Source: Raillietiella orientalis
Lineage: Eukaryota
DNA: 64,000 nucleotides
Assembly (NCBI GenBank): GCA_036172245.1
Contig: JAYWIR010000018.1
Span: forward strand, 3,534,001-3,598,000
Direction: 5' to 3'
Numbering within the stretch: the first letter of the stretch is position 1; each line of letters starts with the position of its first letter. A program made the translations under genes and the position numbers. The notes beneath the pieces were generated by a model. It had not been told where the DNA came from and made no database searches. It saw nothing but the letters and a program-made list of their open reading frames with translations. Below, in pieces: positions 63,995-64,000 of the stretch.

Positions 63995-64000
63995 CTAATG

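Overview
Eukaryotic (metazoan-type) genomic DNA in two compartments. About 1-50 kb is relatively GC-rich and is a dense, nested graveyard of decayed non-LTR retrotransposons of the L1/Tx1 type (ORF1 with CCHC knuckles, APE endonuclease, RT, C-terminal CxxC-ES-H-C zinc finger) in both orientations. It contains one near full-length decayed copy (about 12.8-17.4 kb) and a near-identical inverted, internally deleted partner (about 22.9-26.2 kb). About 50-64 kb becomes AT-rich and ends with six coding exons of an intact minus-strand RRM-cyclophilin gene (PPIE/Cyp33, nematode cyn-13 type) with four 41-56 nt introns; its first exon lies beyond the window. The most interesting unexplained signal is a conserved, apparently covarying RNA architecture at the 3' end of at least seven diverged retroelement copies: a stem-loop with a CYGCRY-type hexaloop, then (in five copies) an AATAAAC-like signal, a CCCGG-N5-CCGGG hairpin and TGATAA, with no poly(A) tail. 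Element boundaries are approximate and were read by eye; no database searches or folding programs were run.
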